Shown here: piece after piece, positions 39,439 through 48,784 of the stretch
How the letters are laid out: the number at the start of each line of letters is the position of its first letter
How positions within the stretch are numbered: position 1 is the first letter of the stretch
Source: an uncultured Thiomicrospira sp.
Lineage (GTDB): Bacteria > Pseudomonadota > Gammaproteobacteria > CAKMZV01
Reading direction: 5' to 3'
DNA: 64,000 bases
Assembly (NCBI GenBank): GCA_965195345.1
Contig: OZ239628.1
Span: forward strand, 608,001 to 672,000
The notes under the pieces: generated by a model
Seen by the model: only the letters and a program-made list of their open reading frames with translations
What the model was told of the DNA's origin: nothing
Database searches by the model: none
Made by a program: the position numbers and the translations under genes

Positions 39439-40872
39439 TCATTCGTAGCGCTGATCTGTCAGTGTATTTAAGAATGCAACCAGTGCATCTATTTGAGTAT
39501 CCGTTAAATTTCTCATGCCTAATCGCGTGTTGTCTACTGAAGCGGGAAATTCTGGGTTACCCCAAGGCTGTCCTGTTTCTGGATTATTTGGAATTCGATT
39601 GCGAGCAGCAGTGCCAGCATTCACATAAAATTGTATTACTGTACGCAAGCTTACAAACACACCGTTGTGCATGAACGGAGCAGTCACAGCTACATTTCGT
39701 AATGAAGGTGTTTTGAATCGTCCATCCAGATTCACATTGTTTAAAGTAGCGCCAACGCCTCTATCGGAAATGGCAGCAGGGTTAGCATTAGTTAGGGTGC
39801 TGTTGGTGGGTAAGCCAATATTGCGGTAGTTAAAGTTGGAGAAAGCTTGTTGTGGCGTGTTGGCATTGCTTTGCTCTGCAATATGACAACGTCTACAGCT
39901 GGTGGCATTTCCAAAAAATAAATTTCTTCCTTCTATCTCTTGCGCTGTAAGGGTTGCAGCTCCAGTTAAAGAGCGATCAAACTTAGAATCAAATGTGGAA
40001 AATTGCGTACTTTGACGCTCAAAATCCGCTATGACGGATGTTACTGCATTTAATGCTGTTAGTGTGCTGTCTAGGACAGTACTACCAAAATGTTCCCTAA
40101 GGTTGTTTACATAAATACTGTTTTCGTTGATTCGCGCAACAATCTCTTGCACATTAGGTAATTGCAATTCCACACTATTTGTAAAAGGCCCTGCTGCTTG
40201 GGCTTCTAAAGTGGCTGAACGACCATCCCAAAATTGTCCACCTTGAGGGTTATTGCCATTATTACTGAAAGCTGGAATTAGGTTTGCGTAATTTATGGAT
40301 GGACTGTTTCGTGTGCCTAAAGCTACACCATCTTGACCTATTGACACGGCTTTACCGATCACAGAATCGGTTCGAGTGTCAGAAAAAGCATGGTTTGCAT
40401 CGTGACAAGTAGCGCATGACTGCGTGCGATCGCGTGAGAAATTCACATCATTGAAAATCATTTCTCCTAAAACTGCACGAGATAGGATTAGGCTTGAGGA
40501 GGAGTTAACCGTAACATTGATAGTGTCAGTGCTGGTTATATTTCCATCGCTAACAACGAGCTGTATGTTGTAAGAACCAGATATATTTGGAGTAAACGAG
40601 GTATTTAGTGAAGTTGCATTATTCAGATTTACTACGCTTCCAGTAGGAGTGGAAATGAATGCCCAAGAATAAGTAAGTGTATCGCCATCAGGATCAGTGC
40701 TTAATGAGGCTGACAAAGTGATGGTTGCGCCCACGGTGGAACTTTGATCAAGACCTGCATTTGCAACAGGGGATTGGTTGCCGGTAGAAGTATTAGGCTG
40801 TTCGTTGCCTGTGTTGTTACCACAACCTGTTAAAAATATACAAATAAGTGTTGCTAAACTAAAATGACGCAT
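39439..40872 (-). CDS. Diheme cytochrome c peroxidase/MauG-family lipoprotein with N-terminal PKD/Ig-like domain
   Basis: Lipobox LTGC; PVANAG.DQ...SDPDGD.LTYSW-type Ig domain; CATCH and CRRCH; QFWDGR; FKTPSLRNV, PFMHNG; NPETGQPWG...LTDQRYE. Confidence 0.88.
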   Translation of the reverse strand: MRHFSLATLICIFLTGCGNNTGNEQPNTSTGNQSPVANAGLDQSSTVGATITLSASLSTDPDGDTLTYSWAFISTPTGSVVNLNNATSLNTSFTPNISGSYNIQLVVSDGNITSTDTINVTVNSSSSLILSRAVLGEMIFNDVNFSRDRTQSCATCHDANHAFSDTRTDSVIGKAVSIGQDGVALGTRNSPSINYANLIPAFSNNGNNPQGGQFWDGRSATLEAQAAGPFTNSVELQLPNVQEIVARINENSIYVNNLREHFGSTVLDSTLTALNAVTSVIADFERQSTQFSTFDSKFDRSLTGAATLTAQEIEGRNLFFGNATSCRRCHIAEQSNANTPQQAFSNFNYRNIGLPTNSTLTNANPAAISDRGVGATLNNVNLDGRFKTPSLRNVAVTAPFMHNGVFVSLRTVIQFYVNAGTAARNRIPNNPETGQPWGNPEFPASVDNTRLGMRNLTDTQIDALVAFLNTLTDQRYE

Positions 40873-41069
40873 CCTATGTATTTTACCCGATTAATTTTTG
40901 CCAAATCATTTACCAAGGCAATAAAATGAATAATCCAGTTGTAACTGCTGAGTGTATAGTCTTATTCTCATAGGCATGTTTTGCTTATGAAAAGATCAGG
41001 TACTATGCATAATGAAGGGTGTCACAAGATTAAAGTTAGCAAAACTACCGTTGACTTTATGTAATTTAC

Positions 41070-41098
41070 TTGACATTTCAAGGTTTTTGGGTTATCTT
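41070..41098 (+). promoter_or_regulatory. Sigma70 promoter of hfq
   Basis: TTGACA-N17-TATCTT, about 80 nt upstream of the hfq ATG. Confidence 0.7.
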
Positions 41099-41181
41099 CT
41101 ATAGGTTTAGGTTCGGCATGATTAGAGTACGTTGCATGCTGTTTAACAAAAATAAATTAAAAATAAGAAAAAATGTAGCCT

Positions 41182-41412
41182 ATGTCTAAAAATAATCTAC
41201 AAGATGAGTTTTTGAATGCTTTGCGGGTGGAAAAAATACTGGTGTCTGTTTATTTGGTAAATGGTATAAAATTGCAAGGGAGAGTGGCTCGTTTTGACGC
41301 TTTTGTTATTTCCCTTGAAAACAATATTGTGCAACTCATCTATAAGCACGCTATTTCATCAATTGTGCCTTCTCGAAACCCATCAATCTCAACGCCAAAA
41401 GCATCTTCGTAA
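41182..41412 (+). CDS. hfq: RNA chaperone Hfq
   Basis: [27 protein letters not shown]. Confidence 0.97.
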   Translation: MSKNNLQDEFLNALRVEKILVSVYLVNGIKLQGRVARFDAFVISLENNIVQLIYKHAISSIVPSRNPSISTPKASS

Positions 41413-41444
41413 AAAAAGAACTGAACGATTACCTATTTAATTAA

Positions 41445-42752
41445 GTGAGTAATAATGAAATTTTCGGGCGCATCACAGCACCCGAGGAATTTGAAAAGGC
41501 TGTTATTGTTCATGTTGAATTTTCAAACAAACTCCAAGACGCCTCGCTTGAAGAACTCCAAGAATTAAGCTACAGCGCAGGTGCGCGTAGTGTTCATGTG
41601 GCGAAGTTTAACAATACGGCCATAGAAGCTAAATACTTTGTTGGTAGTGGCCAATTAGAGCAAATTAATCAAGCAGCTAAAAGTGCAGAGGCAGACGTTG
41701 TAATATTCAATCATAATCTATCGCCCTCTCAAGAAAGAAATATAAGTAAACAACTCAATCGTAAGGTGATTGATCGAGTAAGGTTAATTCTCGATATATT
41801 TGCTTTAAGAGCAAGAACATATGAAGGGAAGTTGCAGGTTGAATTGGCACAGCTCAAGCATATGTCTACTCGATTGACTGGAGGGTGGACGCATTTAGAA
41901 AGACAAAAAGGTGGGATAGGCTTGCGCGGGCCAGGGGAAACACAACTTGAAAGTGACCGGCGTATAATTCAACAAAGGATGAAGTCGATTCGTCAACGCC
42001 TGCTCAAAGTACGTAAGCAGCGGAGTCTTGGACGCAACGCAAGAACGCGAAATGACTTGCCGACAATAGTAATGGTAGGGTATACGAACGCAGGGAAATC
42101 TACGTTGTTTAATCAATTGACATCTGCTGGAGTTTATCAAGCAGATCAGCTCTTTGCAACGCTTGATACCACGTTAAGACGCATACAAATTGCGGGCATT
42201 GGAGCATGTGTTTTGGCTGATACAGTTGGATTTATTCGTCACCTGCCACACGAATTAGTAGATGCATTCAGAGCGACACTTGAGGAAGTAACCGAAGCGG
42301 ATCTTTTGCTGCATGTTATCGATTCAAGCGATGAGCAATACGATGAAAAAATGAGCGCGGTTAATGTGCTTTTAGAAAGTATAGATGCTGATAAAATACC
42401 TGTTGTTGAAGTTTTTAACAAAAGTGATTTAATACAAAGTCGACCCGAAAGTAATCAAAAATGTGATATATACCAACAAGTATATGTTTCAGCATTGGAG
42501 TCTTCGGGTATGAATGAGTTGTTAAAATGTATAGGGAATGTACTGAGGGGAGAACGATGCAGGGTTCTAATTGATTTGCATGGAGATTATGGCAAATTGC
42601 GTTCACAACTGTACTCTTTTGGAGAAGTGATCTCGGAATCATGCTTAGACGACGGTGCGGTGCAGATGGAAATGCGCATTAGTCATCAAGAAAAAAACCG
42701 ATTAAAGCAGTTTTCACCCGCAGTGATGACGTTTAAAGAGATGGAAAATTAA
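41445..42752 (+). CDS. hflX: Ribosome rescue GTPase HflX
   Basis: GPGETQLE, GYTNAGKST, LFATLD, DTVGF, NKSD; follows hfq. Confidence 0.96.
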   Translation: MSNNEIFGRITAPEEFEKAVIVHVEFSNKLQDASLEELQELSYSAGARSVHVAKFNNTAIEAKYFVGSGQLEQINQAAKSAEADVVIFNHNLSPSQERNISKQLNRKVIDRVRLILDIFALRARTYEGKLQVELAQLKHMSTRLTGGWTHLERQKGGIGLRGPGETQLESDRRIIQQRMKSIRQRLLKVRKQRSLGRNARTRNDLPTIVMVGYTNAGKSTLFNQLTSAGVYQADQLFATLDTTLRRIQIAGIGACVLADTVGFIRHLPHELVDAFRATLEEVTEADLLLHVIDSSDEQYDEKMSAVNVLLESIDADKIPVVEVFNKSDLIQSRPESNQKCDIYQQVYVSALESSGMNELLKCIGNVLRGERCRVLIDLHGDYGKLRSQLYSFGEVISESCLDDGAVQMEMRISHQEKNRLKQFSPAVMTFKEMEN

Positions 42753-42776
42753 GATTAATTCGTACAAGGATCTATC

Positions 42777-45437
42777 ATGAATGAATTTATAGATAAAGAC
42801 CCTCTGGGCACGAAAGAATGGCAAGAAGCATTTGAAGCAGTTCTTGAGTTTGAAGGGACAGAAAAAGGACACCACTTATTGCAGAAGTTGATTGATCAGG
42901 CTCGAATGAAAGGGCTTGATCTGCCATACAGTGCCACCACAGATTATTTAAATACTATTCCTGTGTCACAGCAGGCTTATGCACCCTCAGGGATGGATAT
43001 TGAACGTAAGCTTCGTTCAATCGTTCGTTGGAATGCAGTCGCTATGGTGGTGAAAACGAATCGAAAATATTCGGAATTAGGTGGGCATCTTGCCAGTTAC
43101 TCTTCCAGCGCTACACTCTATGAAGTGGGCTTCAACCATTTCTACAAAGGACACGATCGAAAGAATTCCGATGGCGGTGATATGGTCTTTTTTCAAGGGC
43201 ACTCGTCTCCAGGGATATACTCTAGAGCGTATCTTGAAAGTCGTCTGAGTGAAGAAGATATCACTAATTTTCGCCAAGAAGTAGATGGCAAAGGTGTGTC
43301 GTCGTATCCTCATCCATGGTTGATGCCCGGATTTTGGGAATTTCCTACAGTTTCGATGGGACTTGGTCCAATCATGGCTATCTATCAAGCTCGATTTATG
43401 AAATACATGGAGGATAGAGGTTTAATAAGAGAAGAACAGCGCAACGTTTGGGCATACCTTGGTGATGGAGAAATGGATGAACCCGAGTCTTTGGGTGCTA
43501 TTCAATTAGCGTCAAGAGAAAGCCTTGGAAATTTGATTTTTGTTATCAACTGTAACTTACAACGTTTGGACGGTCCTGTCCGTGGTAACGGGAAAATAAT
43601 TCAAGAACTTGAAGGCAATTTTCGCGGTGCAGGATGGAATGTTATAAAAGTTATCTGGGGTTCAGATTGGGATGCTTTACTTGAGCGCGATAAAAGTGGC
43701 ATGTTGGTGAAACGCATGATGGAAGTGGTTGATGGAGATTATCAAACTTATAAAGCAAAAGGAGGGGCTTACATACGGGAACATTTTTTCGGCAAGTACC
43801 CTGAAACTTTGGACTTAGTTAAGGATTTATCAGACGATGATATATATCGTTTAAACAGAGGAGGGCATGATCCTCGCAAAATATATGCAGCCTACAAACG
43901 CGCCGTAGAAACAACGGATCAGCCAACTGTTATTCTGGCTAAAACTATTAAAGGGTACGGGATGAAGGGATCGGCTGAGGGCGCAAATACTGCGCATCAG
44001 ACTAAGAAACTTGATGAAGGTGCTTTGCGAATATTCCGAGATCGCTTCAGTATTCCTATATCCAATGAAATGCTCAACGAACTACCATTCTATAAGCCAT
44101 CAGAAAACTCTGAAGAAATGAAGTATCTGCATGAGCGGCGCAAAGAGCTTGGTGGCGTCTTACCCAATCGCAGGATACTTAAAGAAAAAATAGATATGCC
44201 TGCTTTTTCTGTATTCAAGTCGCTCTGTGAAGATACGGGCGAGCGTGAAATGTCTACTACCATGGTCTTTGTTCGATTTTTATCCATCGCTTTGCGTGAT
44301 AAAAATATAAAGGATCGTCTCGTTCCTATTGTGCCAGATGAAGCGCGTACTTTTGGTATGGAAGGATTATTTAGACAGCTTGGAATCTATGCTCCAGAGG
44401 GTCAAAAGTATACCCCTGAAGATTCTGACCAAATGATGTGGTACAAAGAAGCGGCAAATGGACAAATATTGGAAGAGGGAATTAATGAAGCAGGGGCAAT
44501 GTGTTCATGGATTGCCGCAGCCACCTCGTATGTAAATCATGCCAAAGTTATGATTCCTTTCTACATTTACTACTCAATGTTCGGGTATCAGCGAGTGGGC
44601 GATTTAGTTTGGGCTGCTGGAGATATGCAGGCTAAAGGTTTCTTAATGGGAGGTACGGCTGGAAGGACAACGCTCGCAGGCGAAGGTTTACAGCATCAAG
44701 ATGGACATCACATGCTAATGTTTGGCAATGTGCCAAACTGTAGGAGTTATGATCCTACGTTCTCCTATGAATTAGTTGTTATTATGCAAGATGGGTTGGA
44801 GCGGATGTATACGCGGCATGAAAATTGCTTTTATTACTTAGCTGTAATGAATGAAAACTATTCACATCCTGCTATGCCTAAAGATTGTGCCGAAGGGATT
44901 ATTAAAGGAATGTATTCATTCAAAAAAGGAGCAAAAAGTGCAAAGCGCGTTCAACTTATAGGGTCGGGTACTATATTTCGTGAAGCAATTGCTGCTGCAG
45001 AACTGTTGAAAAAGGATTTTGCTGTTGAATCAGATTTGTGGAGCGCACCAAGTTTTAATGAACTTCGTAAAGATGGATACGAATGTGAGCGTATTAATCG
45101 TTTGCACCCTGATAAGAAGCCTTTGGTGCCTTATGTGACGCAATGTTTTTCTGGTAGTGAAGGACCGGTTATTGCTGCAACGGATTACGTTCGTCAATAT
45201 GCTGACCAAATTCGCTCATGGATTCCAAACTCCTATACCGTATTGGGCACAGATGGCTACGGACGCTCAGATACGAGGAAAAAACTACGTCATTTCTTTG
45301 AAGTTGATCGCTATTGGATTGTGGTTGCGGCTCTAAAGGCATTGATGGATGAAGGCAGAGTGGATGCTAAAGTAGTGAAGAGCGCGATTAAAAAGTACAA
45401 AATTGATAGTGATAAGCCTAACCCATTGAACGTTTGA
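42777..45437 (+). CDS. aceE: Pyruvate dehydrogenase E1 (homodimeric type)
   Basis: SSYPHP, TVSMGLGP, GDGEMDEPES, NCNLQRLDGPV, EGLQHQDG. Confidence 0.98.
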   Translation: MNEFIDKDPLGTKEWQEAFEAVLEFEGTEKGHHLLQKLIDQARMKGLDLPYSATTDYLNTIPVSQQAYAPSGMDIERKLRSIVRWNAVAMVVKTNRKYSELGGHLASYSSSATLYEVGFNHFYKGHDRKNSDGGDMVFFQGHSSPGIYSRAYLESRLSEEDITNFRQEVDGKGVSSYPHPWLMPGFWEFPTVSMGLGPIMAIYQARFMKYMEDRGLIREEQRNVWAYLGDGEMDEPESLGAIQLASRESLGNLIFVINCNLQRLDGPVRGNGKIIQELEGNFRGAGWNVIKVIWGSDWDALLERDKSGMLVKRMMEVVDGDYQTYKAKGGAYIREHFFGKYPETLDLVKDLSDDDIYRLNRGGHDPRKIYAAYKRAVETTDQPTVILAKTIKGYGMKGSAEGANTAHQTKKLDEGALRIFRDRFSIPISNEMLNELPFYKPSENSEEMKYLHERRKELGGVLPNRRILKEKIDMPAFSVFKSLCEDTGEREMSTTMVFVRFLSIALRDKNIKDRLVPIVPDEARTFGMEGLFRQLGIYAPEGQKYTPEDSDQMMWYKEAANGQILEEGINEAGAMCSWIAAATSYVNHAKVMIPFYIYYSMFGYQRVGDLVWAAGDMQAKGFLMGGTAGRTTLAGEGLQHQDGHHMLMFGNVPNCRSYDPTFSYELVVIMQDGLERMYTRHENCFYYLAVMNENYSHPAMPKDCAEGIIKGMYSFKKGAKSAKRVQLIGSGTIFREAIAAAELLKKDFAVESDLWSAPSFNELRKDGYECERINRLHPDKKPLVPYVTQCFSGSEGPVIAATDYVRQYADQIRSWIPNSYTVLGTDGYGRSDTRKKLRHFFEVDRYWIVVAALKALMDEGRVDAKVVKSAIKKYKIDSDKPNPLNV

Positions 45438-45447
45438 GGACAAAGTA

Positions 45448-46785
45448 ATGGCAATTCAAGAAATTAAAATTCCAGATATAGGTGACTTCAATGATGTGGA
45501 AATTATTGAAGTTTTAATTCAAGTAGGGGATTCAGTCAATAAAGACGATTCTTTAATAACATTAGAGAGCGATAAAGCCAGCATGGAAATTCCATCGCCT
45601 GTTAGCGGTGTTATCAAGGAAATGACCGTTAAGCTTGGAGATCGTGTTTCTAAAGGCACATTGATAGCACAGATTGAAGCGAGTGAAGAGAGTGCTGCTG
45701 CTTCCTCTAAAGAAAGCGTGCCTGAAATGTCTGCGGAAGGAGAAGACCCAAAAGCGGATGTTGCTAAGGAAGCGCCTCAGTTGCAGAGTGCAGAGCAAAA
45801 TAATTCAGCGCCTTTATTAACAACAACCAATGCGGTTGAAGTTGAAACGGGTACGCATTCAAATGCAGTTGTCCCTGACAATAGACCGGCGACTTCAGCC
45901 CTATATCACGCCAGTCCTAAAGTTCGTCGTCTTGCTTCATCATTAGGCGTGGATTTGGCCAATCCCAAAGGAACTGGTCCGAACGGACGCATCAAAGAAC
46001 AAGATGTGCGCGATTATGTGAAATCTGCTTTGAGTGGGCAGAGTCAATCAGGGATGGGCATTCCGACTATTCCTGAAATAGATTTTTCCCAATTTGGAGA
46101 AATTGAGGAAGTACAACTATCGCGTATTAAAAAACTATCAGGGAAACACTTAAAATCTTGCTGGCTAAACGTACCACACGTAACCCAATGCGTTGATGCT
46201 GATATTACTGATTTAGAAGCATTTAGACAAACAATGAAAGTAACAGCCGAAAAAGCTGGTGTGCGTTTGACACCTTTAGCTATTATTATTAAGGCAGTCG
46301 CGGCGGCATTAAAAGAAAATCCTATTCTCAATGCCTCTCTCAAAGGGGACAATCTTATTATGAAAAAATACTTTCATATAGGTATTGCGGTGGATACGCC
46401 TAATGGATTGGTTGTGCCAGTTATCCGAAATGTAGACAGCAAAGGAGTGCTTGAGTTAGCTGGTGAAATGGCTGATGTTAGCGTAAGAGCCCGTGATGGG
46501 AAACTTACTCCTACTGATTTGAGCGGAGCAGGGTTTTCTGTTTCCAGTTTAGGAGGTATTGGAGGAAGTTACTTTACGCCTATTGTCAATGCCCCTGAAG
46601 TTGGTATTCTTGGAGTAGGTCGTTCTTCAATGCAGCCCGTTTGGGATGGTGCCTCTTTTCAACCACGACTTATGTTGCCATTGTCTATTTCCTATGACCA
46701 TCGCGTGGTTGACGGTGCACAAGGAGCACGATTTGCCGTATCGATGAGCAAGTATTTGAGCGATATACGCACTCTCGTTTTATAA
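45448..46785 (+). CDS. aceF: Dihydrolipoamide acetyltransferase (E2p), single lipoyl domain
   Basis: LESDKASME lipoyl motif, GTGPNGRI binding domain, SYDHRVVDG. Confidence 0.96.
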   Translation: MAIQEIKIPDIGDFNDVEIIEVLIQVGDSVNKDDSLITLESDKASMEIPSPVSGVIKEMTVKLGDRVSKGTLIAQIEASEESAAASSKESVPEMSAEGEDPKADVAKEAPQLQSAEQNNSAPLLTTTNAVEVETGTHSNAVVPDNRPATSALYHASPKVRRLASSLGVDLANPKGTGPNGRIKEQDVRDYVKSALSGQSQSGMGIPTIPEIDFSQFGEIEEVQLSRIKKLSGKHLKSCWLNVPHVTQCVDADITDLEAFRQTMKVTAEKAGVRLTPLAIIIKAVAAALKENPILNASLKGDNLIMKKYFHIGIAVDTPNGLVVPVIRNVDSKGVLELAGEMADVSVRARDGKLTPTDLSGAGFSVSSLGGIGGSYFTPIVNAPEVGILGVGRSSMQPVWDGASFQPRLMLPLSISYDHRVVDGAQGARFAVSMSKYLSDIRTLVL

Positions 46786-46818
46786 GCATTAGAAATTGAA
46801 ATCAATTGAGGTGAATTA

Positions 46819-48582
46819 GTGAGCATTGATAAGATATATATTCCAGATATCGGTGACTTTAGCGAAGTTGAAATTATTGAAGTTTTGATCGCTGAAGGAG
46901 ACAAAGTTGAAGAAGGACAGTCACTTATCACATTAGAAAGTGATAAAGCCAGTATGGAAATCCCGACACCAAAGGAAGGGGTTGTTAAAAGTTTAAAGGT
47001 AAAACTTGGTGATAAAGTGTCGAAAGATAGTTTGATTTTGGAATTAGAAACTGCCGATGTTGAAAGTAAAGGGGGTGAGGGTGCGGATTTAAAAGATTCT
47101 TCTACTGCTAAACAAGAAACTAATCAGACAGCTGAAGTCGATACTGAAAGTAATTTAGAACGTGCGGATAAATCCGATAATGTTTACGATGTTGCTGTAT
47201 TGGGAAGCGGACCTGGTGGTTATACGGCTGCTTTTCGTGCGGCGGATCTTGGATTAAAAGTTGCTTTGATTGAGCGTTTTCCTATCATTGGTGGAGTGTG
47301 CTTGAATGTCGGCTGTATACCTTCTAAAGCGTTGTTACATATGGCACAAGTGGTGTGTGAAGCCAAAGAAATGTCTGAGAATGGTGTTGACTTTGGAAAA
47401 CCAAAGTTGAGTTTTGATCAAATGCGAGGCTTTAAAAATAAAGTAATCAATAAACTTACCGGTGGTTTACAAGCGCTTGCAAAGCAACGTAAAGTTGATG
47501 TTATCGAGGGTTATGGCAAGTTCATAGATGCTCATACCATTGTTGTTGAGGGAGAGAAAAATAAAGAAATTCATTTTAAAAATGCAATTGTGGCAGCTGG
47601 TTCACGAGTACAAAAAATGGACGTTTATCCGTGGCAGGATGAACGCATTATGGATTCCACAGATGCGCTTGAGTTAGAGAAATTCCCCAAAAAACTATTA
47701 GTTGTTGGAGCAGGCATTATTGGTTTAGAGATGGCAACAGTTTATGAGTCGTTTGGCAGTGAAGTAACAGTGACAGTGCGCTCTCAAAATATATTCAGTG
47801 GAGCTGCTGATAAAGACATTGTTAACCCTTTACTCAAACGCATGAAAAAGCGCATTGATCTTCAGTTTGGCACAGTGGTAAAAGCAGTTGATGCCACAGG
47901 TAAGCGTCTTAAAGTGACGCTAGAAGATGACAAAGGTGAGCGCAGCGAAACATTTGATAAGATATTAGTGGCGACTGGACGTATAGCAAATGGGTTGGTT
48001 ATTGATTCAGAAAAGGCTGGAGTGGTAGTTAATGAGAATGGTGTTATTCCAGTTGATCATCAAATGAGGACTAATGTTGCTCATATTTTTGCTATAGGCG
48101 ATATTGTTCCTGGTCCTATGTTAGCGCATAAAGCAACTCACGAAGGGAAAGTAGCTGCTGAAGTTATAGCTGGTCTTAAATCTGGATTCAATGCAATGAC
48201 TATACCGTCAGTAGCATATACTAATCCTGAAGTAGCTTGGATGGGTAAGACAGAAACAGAATGCAAAAAAGAAGGAATTGAATACACCAAGGGTGCGTTT
48301 CCTTGGGCTGCCAGTGGGCGCAGTTTGAGTATTAATAATACAGATGGATTGACGAAGCTACTGTTCGATAAAAAAACAGGTCGTCTGCTTGGAGCAGGCA
48401 TAGTTGGCCCTAATGCGGGAGAGCTAATTGCTGAGGCGGTGGTGTCGATGGAAATGGGTGCAACTGCAGAGGATATTGGGCTTAGCATTCATCCACATCC
48501 CACACTTTCTGAAACGCTTTGCTTTGCTGCTGAAATGGCTGAAGGGACTATTACAGATTTGATGCCTCCTAGAAAACGTTGA
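46819..48582 (+). CDS. lpdA: Dihydrolipoamide dehydrogenase (E3 of PDH) with N-terminal lipoyl domain
   Basis: N-terminal LESDKASME lipoyl domain, GSGPGGY, CLNVGC, HPHPTLSE. Confidence 0.96.
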   Translation: MSIDKIYIPDIGDFSEVEIIEVLIAEGDKVEEGQSLITLESDKASMEIPTPKEGVVKSLKVKLGDKVSKDSLILELETADVESKGGEGADLKDSSTAKQETNQTAEVDTESNLERADKSDNVYDVAVLGSGPGGYTAAFRAADLGLKVALIERFPIIGGVCLNVGCIPSKALLHMAQVVCEAKEMSENGVDFGKPKLSFDQMRGFKNKVINKLTGGLQALAKQRKVDVIEGYGKFIDAHTIVVEGEKNKEIHFKNAIVAAGSRVQKMDVYPWQDERIMDSTDALELEKFPKKLLVVGAGIIGLEMATVYESFGSEVTVTVRSQNIFSGAADKDIVNPLLKRMKKRIDLQFGTVVKAVDATGKRLKVTLEDDKGERSETFDKILVATGRIANGLVIDSEKAGVVVNENGVIPVDHQMRTNVAHIFAIGDIVPGPMLAHKATHEGKVAAEVIAGLKSGFNAMTIPSVAYTNPEVAWMGKTETECKKEGIEYTKGAFPWAASGRSLSINNTDGLTKLLFDKKTGRLLGAGIVGPNAGELIAEAVVSMEMGATAEDIGLSIHPHPTLSETLCFAAEMAEGTITDLMPPRKR

Positions 48583-48606
48583 TTTAATATGAAAAGATGA
48601 GGACTG

Positions 48607-48647
48607 TATTGACTATTTGGTTGTTTTTTTAATAGTCGGTGTTTTTT
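48607..48647 (+). terminator. Probable intrinsic terminator of the aceEF-lpdA unit
   Basis: GACTATT...AATAGTC stem extended by G-U pairs, followed by a T6 run. Confidence 0.5.
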
Positions 48648-48784
48648 AGTTTAATACTTCACATTTAGTATCAATAAGGGGAATGTCTTTGCTTCGCATT
48701 ACAAGCATATTAGTAATACCTATATATGAGTGTTGAGGTAGCAACAGTAACCTCATTACCAATCATTCGAAATGAGATAGATAG

